From assembly GCA_010015805.1 (NCBI GenBank), contig ML978129.1:868001-932000 (forward strand): DNA of 64,000 nt, written 5' to 3'. The position numbers and the translations under genes are program-made. The notes beneath the pieces were generated by a model. The model saw only the letters and a list, made by a program, of their open reading frames with translations, was not told the origin of the DNA and did not search any database. Of the stretch, positions 36,534-50,291 are shown one piece after another. The DNA comes from Rhizodiscina lignyota. Lineage: Eukaryota. Within the stretch, counting starts at the first letter, position 1. Every line of letters begins with the position of its first letter.

Positions 36534-38176
36534 TCACGCTGCACCAGTAGCGCTTTTCATCAGAAACTTTTTCAACGCGGGTAACCGATTCACGGCCGAT
36601 AATCCGAAACTGCGCAGTGGCACAATCGGACCAGACTCGAATTGATAGAGCTTATGGAGCTTGTCGACAACTCCAAGTAAGAGGTTGTTCGCCGCCCAAC
36701 GATCGCGGTTGTAGGCATCGAGTGCTTCCTGTGATCCTATATCTGCACCGTGTTCGACCGCGGCTTTTATAGCACGCACAAGAGAAGCAGCGTCGCCTTG
36801 ACCTTGATTGAGACCTTGGCCGGCAAGAGGGTGAATGGTGTGAGCGGCATCACTGTTCGATGTTAGCAACTGTCTCGGTCATCTTCGAGTTTAACTGCAC
36901 ACCCAATCAAGGCAACACGTTCCCCGGTATATGTATCAGCATGGCGCATCTTCAGTGGAAAGTTTGCAACAGTTCCAGGCTGCACCGCTGTGACTCTTTT
37001 AGGGATCCTCATTTCATCCGCAGAATGCTGGCTCTCCCTCCAATTGACTTCTTTCACTTGTCCCTCTTCTAAAGAGTGAAGGTAGGTAAGCTCAACAGGA
37101 TCCAGTCGAAAAGCAGCATTGACCATTGCAACAAAGTCTTCAGCCTTCAGCCCTTTCAATCGAGTGGCGCGTTCAGGAGTTGTCGACCAGACTAAAGATG
37201 CTGCATTTCCTGGTAAAGGCAGTAATGCAATAGGCCCAGTAGGTAGGAAACGCTGGTAGGCGATTTTGTGCTCTTCACCGCCCCATCCGGCATCATTCAT
37301 GGCAAGCGTTGCAACCACGCCATGACGGTTGTAGTCCCAACCTCTACTCACCATTCCTGCAAAGTTTCGAACAGGGCTATTCGCACCGTCTGCTCCAATA
37401 AGGAGGCGAGCTGCGAGCTTCTGGCCACTGTTCAGAGTTACAATTGGCCAAGACTGCATATTGAAGTCATGCAAATCTTCGCCTAGATTGATCGAGTCCA
37501 CGCGAGCGGGAGAGAAAAGTGTAATGTCTTCGAAAGACGTCAGGCGCTGAGACAGTGCCCGAGTCAGATTGTTGTTCTCGATCATGTAGGCAATCGTCCC
37601 AGTCGAGTCTGGTGGCTGGATGATACCCTGCGCTGGGCTGGCCCAGTCGAAATTGATACTGGCACCGCTGACGCCGTCCCATACCTGCATTTCCTGATAC
37701 GGCTGGACACGCTTTTCTTCGACGGACGACCACGCTCCGATTTCTGGGATTCTGTAAGCCCGACATTGACGCTATTTTGAGCGGGTTTGGCCCACCTTTC
37801 AGATGAGAAACAGAGGTCGGAGTTAATGAGCTGCACCTGTTTGAAAAAGGGGCCGAGATATCGAACTTTGCTTGGCTACTTTGGATATCTTGACCCTCAA
37901 TGAGAGCAACTTTCAATCTCGAAGTAACGGGTGAGGCACCTAGCATCGAGAGTCAGAATACGGGCGAGGAATAGCCGATAGTTAATGCATACGCAGACCA
38001 GCAAGTAAGCTCAGCCCGGCAGGGCCACCGCCGACACAGACTACATCGTATAGGTCGTGATGTGATTGGGAACTTTCTGTAGCATAACCGCGACAGGACT
38101 CAATTCGAGGAGCCTGTGATCGACTCCAAACTTTAGTGATCCTCCCAAGTCTCAGAAGAGAAGAGCGATGCATCAT
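36534..38176 (-). CDS. COQ6: Ubiquinone biosynthesis FAD monooxygenase Coq6
   Basis: Mitochondrial presequence, YDVVCVGGGPAGL, LLIGADGANSPVR, AYQRFLPTGPIALLP and DAAHTIHPLAGQGLNQG; three introns. Confidence 0.95.
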
Positions 38177-38669
38177 GCTATTAGAGCAGAACAACGAATG
38201 TGATCATGGAGCCATGATGGACCCGGATTCTAAAGGAGGAGATGTTGAAGGCCCGGAACGCTCCAATTAATCAAACAAGCCGGCGCAAAGAAGGCAATTC
38301 AGGGAACTGGAATATTAGATTTCAATTGCAACGTCTTGAAAAGCATGTGTAGAACACAGCATCGACCTTCCCAAAGGGATGGATTGATGTTCGCTAGCGG
38401 CAAAAGTCCGCACCCCAGATCTCGGAGAAACACCAGCCACCGAGATGGCCCCTGGCCTAAAATGTGAGCTACGTGGTAAATCGCGTAGCTTCTCCCCAAT
38501 TCCCTACCATCAACGCCCTCCATCTTCTTGTCGCACCGACTTCGCGTGCCCATTCCCTTTCCTTTCATACCTTTCTTCGAATTCTTGGGGTCAAACATCG
38601 ACTCCAAAGACCTCACGTGGGCCGACTTCTGAACCATCGCAAACTTCTGTTCACAGCAAAGTCGGCATC

Positions 38670-40283
38670 ATGAGTGGACGTGAGTATTCTTCAGGCCACG
38701 ATTTTATTTTGCGCGCATTGGGATGGATACTAACTGTCGATTGCCGAGTATAGTTCGCTTCCTCGATCTGGTCAAACCCTTCCAGTCCCTCCTTCCGGAG
38801 GTGTCGTCGCCAGAGACACGGACACCTTTCAACCAAAGGTTAATGTGGACTGGTTTGACGCTCCTCATCTTCTTGGTCATGAGCCAGATGCCCTTGTATG
38901 GTATCGTGTCATCAGACAGCTCAGATCCTCTATACTGGCTGAGGATGATGTTGGCGAGTAATCGAGGAACTTTGATGGAACTGGGAATAACACCTATCAT
39001 TTCGTCGGGCATGGTGTTCCAGCTTCTGAGCGGTACTCATCTCATTGATGTCAACCTCGACCTCAAGACCGATCGCGAACTCTACCAGACTGCGCAGAAG
39101 CTTCTTGCCGTCATTCTCTCATTCGGACAGGCTGTTGTGTACGTGCTAACTGGCCTCTACGGCTCGCCCTCCGAGCTCGGTGCCGGTATCTGCGTCCTGT
39201 TGATCGTCCAATTGGTCATTGCGGGCTTGATTGTCATCCTCCTCGATGAGCTGCTTCAGAAGGGCTATGGCTTGGGTAGCGGTATCTCGCTGTTCATTGC
39301 GACCAACATTTGTGAATCGATTGTCTGGAAGGCCTTCAGCCCAACCACCATTAACACCGGTAGAGGACCTGAGTTCGAGGGCGCTATCATTGCCCTCCTG
39401 CACCTTCTCTTGACGTGGCCAAACAAGCAGGTATGTGACTTTAATCATATAGTAATTGGATGGCACTGTTGACAATTTGCAGCTTGCTCTTAAGGAAGCC
39501 TTCTACCGCCAGAACCTGCCCAACATCATGAACCTTCTTGCAACGCTGCTCGTCTTCTGCGCAGTCATCTACCTCCAAGGCTTCCGTGTCGAAATTCCCG
39601 TCAAGTCTTCCCGTCAACGTGGCATGCGCGGCTCCTACCCTGTCCGCCTTTTCTATACCTCGAACATGCCCATCATGCTCCAGTCTGCACTCTCCTCGAA
39701 CGTCTTCCTCATCTCGCAGATGCTCTTCAGCCGCTTCTCCGACAACCTCCTTGTGCGTCTGATTGGTGTGTGGGAGCCTCGTGAGGGAAGCGCGCAGCTC
39801 TATGCCACCAGCGGTCTAGCCTACTACATGTCGCCCCCACTGAACTTCACCGAAGCCCTCATGGATCCTATTAAGACCGCCGTCTTTATCGTTTACATGC
39901 TTGTCGCCTGTGCCGTCTTTTCCAAGACCTGGATCGAAGTCTCCGGCTCCTCCCCGCGCGATGTCGCCAAGCAGCTCAAAGAGCAGGGTCTCGTCATGGC
40001 TGGACACCGTGAGCAGAGCATGTACAAGGAGCTTAAGCGTGTCATCCCCACTGCTGCGGCATTCGGTGGTGCATGCATTGGTGCATTGTCCGTGTTCAGC
40101 GACCTCCTTGGTGCGCTGGGCAGCGGTACCGGTATCTTGTTGGCCGTCACGTGAGTATTTCTTGCCGCTCTTTCTGTGTGCAAGGAAAATGCTAACCATG
40201 CGTTTAGTATCATCTACAGCTACTTTGAGATCGCGGCTAAAGAAGGCGACATGGCTGGATTAAAAGGCATGGTGATGGGCTAA
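38670..40283 (+). CDS. SEC61: Sec61 translocon alpha subunit
   Basis: 10-nt first exon; [58 protein letters not shown]; introns 38680-38753, 39431-39482, ~40151-40208. Confidence 0.98.
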
Positions 40284-41009
40284 TACAAGCCAAACAAACA
40301 ACATGAATTGTTACACTTCTTACTGCTTCTCTTTTGTAGTTCATTTAGCCCTGCATAGCCACGATGACGAGGACACGCCTCTGCAAGTGAGCGAGCTCTT
40401 ATTACGGCGTGTTCGGATCTGAAACCATCGGACTGCTAAATAAGTTGGTACGTTGGGAGTGGGAAAGGGGGATAAAAGTCTCATGTAAAACTATGCGCCT
40501 GCTTGGTCTGGGGAGCGTGCATTGGTTGGGAAAGTGCAGATCAAGATTTGGTTTGATGCGGTCGGTCAAAGCATTGCGTGTAAGTACTTAGGACGTAGAA
40601 AAAGTCACTTCAACCCAATCTTTATTGTGCTGTCGAGTGCTATAAGAGTCTGTCGCCGTCCCTATACGCCTTCATAATAGTCCAGATCCGAACTCGACCT
40701 CAGTATGCTGTCTCTCGTTCCATGCTTGACAGCTTTTTGTGTATCCTCGGCAACCTTGCCTGCCTTCCTGAAAGCATGGTAGGTGCTATTAAATATCAAT
40801 AGCCAGAAAGCACAGAGATGAGGCCCGAGTCGTCCAGACAAAGGTGGTGTCGTAATCAGATCCCACATTGTTTCGAGCGGCTTCGGTAGCCTGCGCTGCC
40901 TTGTTAACATGGATCAAATCTTTTGACATCCTCTGTGCTCGGTTGTGGACGTGAATGTAAATATTGCAGGTTCGTGAAATAGAGGGTAGGCAATTTTAGT
41001 CTTCTTTTC

Positions 41010-42234
41010 TCACCGTCCGAACCGCATCTGTGCCTTCGCATACCGATGCAGCGCGGCGAGGAAGACTTGATAGCCCACGCCTTCAGTGTTGTCAGGAACG
41101 TGGCTTGAGGAAGACGATTAGCATAAATTCTCTTGGAGTGACGAGCAACCGCTTACAAAATCTCCGTCAGCCTGACCTGCCATGGCGGATATCCATCCAG
41201 CACGACCCTCTCACCAAACAGGAGCAGCAAGTCCGGCTCGCCCATCACACCATCCCTCAGCTCGATATCGATCACGTCTGCTGTGACATCTTCGGCTCTC
41301 AGCTTGCCCCTCTGGCTCATCTCCGCGAGCGTCTTTGTCAAGTCGACCATGGTGTTGCGGCCGTCGTCTGCCGAAAGGAGTAGCACATTAATGTGGAAGG
41401 GGTCAGGGCCGGGGAAGGGCGACAGCGGAGTCGATGGGGGAGAGTAAGCCTCCATGTGTGGAGCACGGAGAGAGACTGTAGGGCGGGCTGGTGGAGGACC
41501 GAAGTACGCATGAAGGTTGCGAGTTATTGCGCGGTGCGTTTGCTGTTGGTAGGACTTGAGGATGCCTGTGTATATGTTAGCTCCAATTTCCTCACTGCTT
41601 TCACCTCACTCCACGGGAAGTGCAAGATGACCAGCGTACCAGTCTTCTCATAGATGCTCAGCATTCCAATCTGCGCGCTGCAACACCATGCTGCAACCTC
41701 AGCAACATCTTCGAGCAGTCCTTCCAACCCATCGTCTTGCCGCAGCTCCAAGACGACGCTCAGGTGGTCGGGCACCCTATCCAGCGCCTTGACGTCCTTC
41801 GCAATCAGCTCCGGCGTGCGGTGGTGGTAGTACATGACGCTCATGAAGCGATTGACCACGGCATGGTACATGCGCCGTATGCGGATGTAGATGCTGAAGA
41901 AGAAATGGATGAGGGTGTAGATGAGCAAGTGCACCTGCGACATGATGAGCGCACGAAGGTGTGTTTTGCGAGGTTGCTTCTTGGAGGAGGATTGTCTGCG
42001 CTTGCTGGTGGTGGTTATGGCATCGTGCTTTTGAGGGTCGGAATGCTGAGCTGGCTTTGTGAACTGCAGGTGCGACCGGTCTCCGCGGGCTGGGGAAGGT
42101 GAATGCGAGTTCGGTGTTGGCGGGAGATAGCGGTTGAAGAACGCTTCGCGCTCGTGAGGCTCGAGGGGGCGGCCATCGACGGTGGCATTTCTGTGGAAGG
42201 CCGCCTCCTCGTCCTTGTTGGTGAACTTGGACAT
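41010..42234 (-). CDS. NUS1: Nus1/NgBR, cis-prenyltransferase (dehydrodolichyl-PP synthase) subunit
   Basis: YYHHRTPELI..DV..L..VPDHLSV, LSIYEKTG, EPDLLLLFG..VVLDGYPPWQVRLTEI and C-terminal RFGR* (RxG motif); two introns. Confidence 0.92.
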
Positions 42235-42587
42235 GGCTGGGACGAAACTCTGACAAGACGATAATATAGAACAATATTCCAACAATCTACAGAAACGGCA
42301 TAAATGTCTAGGTGTATATTAGGTCAAACAAATCTACAAGAAAGAGGAGTCCATCGGAAGTCGAGGTTGGACGGCACAATGGCAGTTGGAAGAGGTCGTC
42401 CGATGTTGAAAAAGCCTCGCAAGCAACAGGGGTCGCGGAGCTTTGACGTCTGGGGTAATTTCCAGGGATTTGCCGCCTCAACATCCCATCCAATCCATGC
42501 TAACGCAATGCCTTGAGGTGCAGCAGCATTAAAATTTATTTACGGTGTTGGTATCATTATTTACAGTGCTCATGACATAATTGTCGT

Positions 42588-44689
42588 CTATGCGGTTCTC
42601 AGTAGCCACCAATACCACAGGCCTGCCACTGTAGCAACTCGTATGACGCTCCATTTGAGCTCTTCAAGTCCTAATTTCAAGCCGGTGAGCGGCTTCTTAG
42701 GCTTCTTCGGTGCGCTTTTCTCATACGCATTTGTGACTGAGCCATTGCGAGACTCAGGAGGTCCATAGTATCCCGCATATGCGACTAGCGGTAACGAATA
42801 CCCACCCGGGCCTTTTGACGTGGAGGCCATATAAGGAGGGGCAGCAGAAGGAGGGAGGCCGTATCCACCCGCTGGACTCACACTTCGCGTCCGAGTTGGA
42901 CGCATCGAGAGTGACGCGCCAGAATTAGAGAGCGTCGAAGAGTTTGTAGACGTGTCGCTGGGAACATCAAGATGTCCATTGGTTGGTGGCGGATCCGACT
43001 TTTCGTCACTGCGCACCGTAGGTAACAGGGGCGAATCTGAGGCTCCGACCAAGGTGGACATCGACGGATGCAGCATAATCATTGCCGCCCGGATCGTCAG
43101 TATCATCAGCGTGAAGCCGAAAAGCAGGCCGTACCGGATGAAAATGCTGAGCTGGTCCGGCAGAAGGCATAAATTCGATTGAAGCGTCGGGTTATGCTCG
43201 TGTGATATGCTCTTGCCGTGCACATCCACTGGGTTCCACAAACTAACTTGTACGAAACCGGGCTTTCGCACCCCCATCGCCCAGGAAAGCGACTTGACAG
43301 TGATCTCTCTAACACCGCCTCCCGGTCCAGAATAGCCACGATGGGTCACATCGCAGTAATCATGGTCATCGCCTGAGAAGGCATACTGCACAATACCAAT
43401 CGAGTTGATGATCTTCTTCGTCACAGCTGCAGTGAGAACGTTCTGATACTGGTACCCGTACGACACGGAAATCGCGTTTCGATCGTCCTTTATGAGCGGC
43501 TCCTTCTCCCCATCTGGTGGCGGAGTCGGTGGCCATCGTTCCCTCAGCGGTCCACAAGGGGTTCCAGGATCTCGATACAGCGGAACATGCGATAATAGTA
43601 TAAGCGGTAGATCGCTCACGTCGTTGCTCGGGTGCGGCAGCCTCGCCTCTGCCAGCTCCTCGGACTCTAATACGCCGTGTTCATACTTCGTGAAACCATT
43701 CTCGCCATGAAGCAGCTTCATCTGCCTGCTAATCAGCCGCCTCCTTGCTCTTCTGTTATCTTCCAGAAACTCCACAGTCGGCTTCCAAATGTCCTCAGGC
43801 GCGTCTGTCTCGAAGGCGCTCAACGAAACTGTATCAAGTGAGACAATCGTGTGATTCCCGATGATATCGATTCGATTTCCATCACCAAAGTAAGCATTAA
43901 ACCTCTTCCTCACAGGTTTCTGGATGCCCGCTGCAAAGCCCAGGTCATGGTTCCCAGGCAAGCTCGCCAGCAATTTGTGTTCCCCTTGCGACTCATCCAG
44001 CTTTGCCTGCCACTCTGCCCAGGGCTTGAAGAAGATGTTGCCAAATCGATTATACTCCTTCAGCCAAAATTGGCCTCCATACTTATGCCATTGCTCCTCG
44101 GGGCTCTCACTATCGGCCGTGCCCCATTCTCTGCCTCCGTCAAAGAGGTCCCCTAGGAATATCGTCGTCTGCGGTTCGAGTTCATGCATGGATTTGCGAA
44201 AGACGCGAGAGAGGTACAGATCGGTATATTTAACCGTGAGCGTAGAGAGTGGCCAGGGTCGGCCAGGGTAGGTATGGGGATCCACAAGCTGTGGATCTGC
44301 GACGAACATGATACGGTGCGGTCGAGCATCTTCAGGCTGCAGAGAAATCGTATTAGCTTTACTGGCTCATCTTGTTCCAATGCGAGATGGACTATAGCGC
44401 CGCAAGTGGAGGAGAGGCTTGCCCAATTCTCGAATTGCCAGTTGCATTTCGCAATGCTTTTATCGTAGACGCTTCGCTCCCCCCAATTGAGCACGAATAG
44501 CCATAGAACTGCTAAAGCGTTTGCCGCTGTGTAGAGATTCCGCAGGCGCCATCGGTGCAGCTTTGATTCCTTCGCAAGCTTGTAGTATCTGGAGAGTGTG
44601 TTTGCGGCGAAGTCGACGGCTTGGGTGGATATACTGGGAGGATCGAGGTAATGGTTTCGAGAGGAGCGCGAAGCTCCAAAGGAAGTCAT
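42588..44689 (-). CDS. CDC1: Cdc1/PGAP5-like Mn-dependent metallophosphoesterase (GPI remodelling)
   Basis: ADPQLVDPHTY, FLGDLFDGG, LPGNHDLG, LLSHVPLY and FSGDDHDYC motifs; N- and C-terminal TM segments; one intron 44422-44337 (GC donor). Confidence 0.9.
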
Positions 44690-45205
44690 TATGGAAGGAT
44701 AATACGCTGGTAACACCACATCGTTGAAGTTGTGTTCGCTGGAAAAGCCGGCCACTGCTTTATTAGGCGTCCTCCTTTTGTTCCTACCTAGGCTGTCGTA
44801 ATGGTCCGCGCCATGCGCCGCGTTTTAAGGGCTCCCAGTGGAGACGATGGCGTGTGCAATAGTTACTGCAACCTCTTAGGAACTTAATAAGGAATAGGAG
44901 TCAAGTCATCAGACGTGCCACCAATGAGCTAGGAGCATCGAATTTCTGGCTGGGCTTGCGGAATGGCAAAGGCTGGATGCAAGGCTGAAAGCGTGGCGCC
45001 GCGTCAGCCAAGACACCGAAGCTTTGCCAAGCCGTAGCCTCTCCTTAAATGCACTAAACATCTATCAAACCATGCACGTCTGGAGTATTTGCTATGCTGA
45101 TGCTTCTATCTAAATCGAGGTATCATTTGCCTAAACGCCATGAGATGCATCTTTTCTTGTTGTTTCGGAGAAACGCCCTTCCTTACGACTCACGGGATTG
45201 AACCC

Positions 45206-46642
45206 CTATTTGAAGATCAGCTGAAAGCGGAAGTCGATGGTGTACGCCGGATCAGACACCGCAACTTCATCCCCGCTGGATAGCAATTCCGAGAGCTTCT
45301 TGGATAGATTATGTCGAGTCGCCTCCTCGAGGCTAGCAGGTGCCTGGTAGTAGAGCGATTGGCCCTCCGTTCGAATGGTGGGCTTCTTGAGCTGACTAGT
45401 TGCCATTAGCGACTGAGTGGAAATGTGGTGGATAGAGGCTCTTACGCATCCGGCATCTCTGCAAGCAGATCCATAAAGTTCCGCAGATACATCTCGCCAT
45501 CGACTTCAATCTTCTTCGCTGTGATGCCGCACACTGGGCAATCCTCCTTCTTCTCGTAGGAATATGTATATGTGTAGACACCATCATCTCCACTATACAT
45601 CATGTAGTTGTTTTCACCCTCCGCCGGTGCACCAAGGCTCGGGTTCATTGCCGTGGCAATCTTGAATGCCTCATTGCAGCAGCTGGCGGCGATGATGGCG
45701 TTTGTAGACGCGATAGCTGGAATAATGTTCTTCACGACTCCCTGGGTCATAGAGTACGTGACGCCTGTAATGTTGAATTCGGCGGCTCGCTTGGCAGCCT
45801 TCTGGTAGAGCCACGTAATGTGTTCAGGATCGTCGGTGTCCAGTGTATCACCTTTGCGCTCTTCTTCCCATGCGATGATGTGAGCCCACTCGATACAATG
45901 CTGCGGCTGCCGCGGGATAGTCGCAAGTGTGCAGAGTGGCACTGCTGCGCGTGGAGCGTTGAGCTCGAGTTGGCACTCGATGCATGCAGTGAAGCTCGGA
46001 ATGATAACACGAGTCTGTCCCTTGAAGCCTTCAGTTCCACCATCAACAAGCGGCTTGATACTATCGCCATCTTCTAGGTCTACCATGTCAACGAGGGTTG
46101 CGTTAATCCAGCGTCGAGCTTCTACGCTGTCAAGACCACAGACGATAATGTTGAACTGCTTGTAGTAGCTCTCGTCTTTGTCTTGAATCTTGCCGCAGTA
46201 TGCCTCGATACTGACGCCTTTTACACGGTTCATCACAAATTTGGCCGCCACCTCGGCCTTGTACTTGCCCACGTCTGCTTGGCGGAAGAGGAACTGTCGA
46301 TTCAGATTTGAGACATCGATCGTGTCCATGTCAATGACATGAATGTCTTTGAAGCCAGATAAGGCTAGGTTTTTGAGAATTTCGCATCCAAGACCGCCAG
46401 CTCCGATAACGAGGACTTTCATCCTCTCGAGGAATTTTACGGCTTCAGTGCCCTGGGTAGCCTCCTCTGGCACCCAAGGGCCTGGCCGATACAAGATATA
46501 CCGGAGATATTCCCTTTGGAACATCAGTATGACTGTATACATAGAAAACCGATATTTGAACGCACCATCTTCTTGCCTCCGGGTCAGCCATTCCCTTCGG
46601 TTTGGGAACAGTTCTGTGGCTTTCCTCGAATTCTTCCTCCAT
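45206..46642 (-). CDS. UBA3: NEDD8-activating enzyme E1 catalytic subunit
   Basis: VLVIGAGGLGCEILKNL, DTIDVSNLNRQFLF, catalytic PLCTLATIPRQPQHCIEWA and C-terminal E2-binding domain; two introns. Confidence 0.95.
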
Positions 46643-46921
46643 GTTGCTTGAGATAACCTTTGAAAAGATAATCAAAGAGGAAAGCTTGCTGGGAGATGAA
46701 CCTGAGTTTGTGATGTTAAATAGAGGTGTGAAGTTTTGGTGTAGTCGTGACTTCCGTACACAGCTGCCTTGCTGATGCGCTCTGATTGGTCGGCCCGAAC
46801 GTTGACCAGCGAAACTATTCCTTCGGCTTCCTTAACCACACATCTACCTTCCCTTTCAACCTTTTGAGCCCACTGAACAATGCCCACGATTAAAGCCTTG
46901 CAAGTCTTTGACAACGCTTAA

Positions 46922-49900
46922 ATGGACGACATCCTAAATCCAGTCAGCACCAAGAAAATTCAGATTATAGAGGAAGTCAACGACCATGATGACATTAAAG
47001 AGGCGCCCATGGCAGAGGGAACACAGCTTGATTCATCCGAAGATGTTCTCAAAACATTGAACGAACAGCCTAGTGTCGCGGATGTAAGCAGATGCCTCGA
47101 GTTTCTCGCCAGATCACCCAGCAGTCGGCTCCAAATCAAGCTGCCTGGCCCCTTAAGCTCTCAAATCATCTTTGTTCTAGTCAACAGAACCCTTCCTGAC
47201 GTTTGGGGCACTTTCGATGAGGATTATTCTCTTTCTGGGCCGAAGGAAGCTTTGATATCTGTATTTCGCTCCGTTCCTGGGCTCAATGCTATCCTCGGGA
47301 GATTGAAGAGCTTGATAAACGAACGAAAGCAAGCCAAGGCGGTGTCTGGGTCTTCAGATCAGATTCGTATACTCCTCGGAGTTCTGGATCTGGTATTAAA
47401 GCCTGATTCATGCTCCGCAACAATATGGAGTGACATTTGCACGTACTCCGACGATGAAATTAAGCGAACACTACTGTGGAAAGAATACATCTCCGTTGTT
47501 GCATCGGGGCGCTTACCTTCTGCCATAGCGGAGGCTGAGGATCTTCTGAAGGGAGACAAAGAGCACTACTATGGCATGTGGATATCCAAAGGCTCTGTTT
47601 TCGCAGAGTGGCTTGGTCTGAACATTGTGTCTATGATGGGTTCATCTAATCACAAATCGCCGGACCAAGGTGTTTTCGAGGCAATCACGCAGTTCTGTTC
47701 GAGATGTTTAAGCTTTGGGTATAATGGTAGGGCGGAAACGTAAAACCACGTATTTGATATTTCGAGATCGCTGACAGGTCCAGAAAGCTTCATTGGCATC
47801 TTGTTGGATGACCTAGTGCTCGAAGACCACAAGGGCCTCCCCAACCTGCGACGGCTCATCCTTTCACTACGGGCACACGAGCAACGCAAATTCATACTGA
47901 ATATGATCCTAATCATTACAAACCGATACCTTTCCACGGAACCTGTTGGAAAGGATCACGAGACTCTCCTCAAAACTCCGCCCATGCTCGGTGGTGTCAT
48001 ATCTCTTCTTTCTGAGATTATCGATGAGGAAGAGCCTCTCCTACAGCACCTTCAAGATTTCCTAACAGACCCCCAAGGTCTCCTTAATGCAACATCGTCC
48101 ATGGCAAAGCGGGCTATAATTGCTACACTAGCGGGTCACTCTGGTAAGTGGGATCAACATTGCAGAGTCATGCTGATACTGATCATGTTATAAGACTACA
48201 TAGAGGCCGTGCTTGAGAAAGTGTGGGAACAATTCGGTAATCAACTCTACATTCGGCACGCACCAATCGCGCAGCAAGAAGGCATGTGTACCAATGCAGT
48301 CTTGTATGACCACAATTTCTGACAAATTACAGCATCTGCTCAAATCCTGCTTCTTACTGTGGGTTATGTTCACAGGTCGCAGCCAATGTACATCTTCACT
48401 TTAGCAAGATCGAGTACTCACACACACGGGCTTTCAAATCGACTCGCTAGCACATCTCCTCGAGCTCGATTACTAGGCATGTACGTTGGTTCGGCGATCT
48501 CAGAACTCATCGACAAATCTGAGAGTAGACTAAAGTTTGATGGCGACGAGATGAATACCGTCGACGCGTCATGGTATCGCCAGCTCACGCAAGTAAGGGA
48601 TGCCGCAGGCGACATCTCTGAACTGAAGCGGGAACCGGCGAAGAAGCTAGAGTCTACGCTTCCTATACGTCCCGCAAGCACCAAACAGACCCAGAAGCAG
48701 CCTCCAAAAAAGATACCGGCCGCATCAGCGACGCTACCGAAGAAATCTAAGCCGACACTACCTTCTTCCAGTCTCCGAATTGTCGAACTCAAAGACTCAG
48801 ACGACGATGAGCTAACTCCATATGCTAAACCTGACTCCGACCCCGAAGACGATTCTCCTGACCCCACTCTCGTCAACCGAAATCGACCCACTGCTCCCAT
48901 CTATATCCGGGACCTCTTGCGAGCGTTGTACGACACTGAGAACATCGACCGCGCTACCATTGCCTTACGTACAGCACCTTCGCTCATCCGACGGAAGACA
49001 AATTTCGGAACGGAAGTGTCCGATCACATCGAAGAGCTGGCGACCACACTCGCCGGTCTGCACGATACCGAGCGCTTCGATTTTGAAGATGGAGAGGAGC
49101 AATTCGCCCGAATGCGGCAAAAGGCGCTGCAAGCGGTTCTGGTGGCAGACCCAAAGAAGATGGGTCCATGGTTTGCGAGGGCTATTACTGGTGTCGGTGG
49201 AGGAGAGTACTCAATATCCCAACGGATAGCGCTGCTCGTTGCCATGGGGCTTGGTGGGAGAGAGATTGCTGGCTTTGCAGAAAAAGATGACCAAGACCAA
49301 CAAATGGCGGGGGCTTTTCCATCTAAGAAGCTGAAAGGAAAGATGCATGATATCTGGGCATCATCATCAGACGCCTCGTCGGCGCCTCGGATCGGATCGT
49401 CAGCAGCTCCTGCGAAACCCCTTCTCCGTTCTCAGGGTGATATATCCGCGATGGAGTCCGTTGCACAGCGCGTCTCACGGACGATGTTAGAGCCAATGGC
49501 CCTCAGCGCTGCTGATGCACTCGCGGGACCCGACGTGCTCAAAGTCCGAAAGTTCTCCTCTCGCATGGATGTGGAAGCGCGGCGGAAGAAGCCAAAGGTG
49601 AACGAGCTTTCCAAAATCATTGCAGAGGCATTCTTCTTCCCGCTCGCAGGCATGTTCGGAGCGGGCGTGCAAACATTGTAAGGCTTCCCCTCTTCTAATC
49701 CATTCTGCAATCAAGCATGGAGCGCGAAGGGCTCACAGAATTTTGTATTTGCCAATACTAATTACGGCGTATGCTCTAGACCGTCTAACACTGGCTCGTT
49801 TTCTGCACATATCCTGCCAATCTACCTCCAAACCATAACCATCCTCCTCCATTCTGCTGGGTCTTCCACGCCCTTGCTTCCAACACTGACCTCCGAGTAC

Positions 49901-50209
49901 TGGGACCTCCTCCTCACCCTCCGTTCTGCAGCCACCGCAACAAATAACATTGCGACCCTCGATGCCATTTTATTTGGCTTCCTGACACTGCTAGAGCTTA
50001 ACAGCGAGAAGCAAGAACGAATCGCTAGCGAGCATGGAAAAGAGTTAGTCGAAACGCAAGAGTGGGCACGAATGGTATTGCAGAATGCGCCAGATGGCGA
50101 TGAGCAGGCGGAGAGGGTGAAAATGTTGGCTGCGGGCGTCGTGGTAAGATGTAGTGAGGTGGTGGACAGGTGGAGGAGGCTGCTGCTGGGTGACATGGTT
50201 GACCTGTAG
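46922..50209 (+). CDS. TEL2: Tel2/Rad-5/Clk-2, subunit of the TTT co-chaperone complex
   Basis: DDDELTPYAKPDSDPEDD..DPTLVNRNRPTAPIYIRDL, APSLIRRK..FGTEV and IIAEAFFFPL; four introns. Confidence 0.88.
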
Positions 50210-50291
50210 AGCACGTAATATGGCTGCTATGTGGTAGCAAAACTCCTGGTGACGCACTAGACGAATGTGCAAGAAGGCTTGAAAGTGTACT

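Noticed and set aside
45190..45206. B-box-like GGTTCAATCCC just after the UBA3 stop codon
   Set aside because: No tRNA body or A-box; an isolated motif could arise by chance (at most an ETC site)
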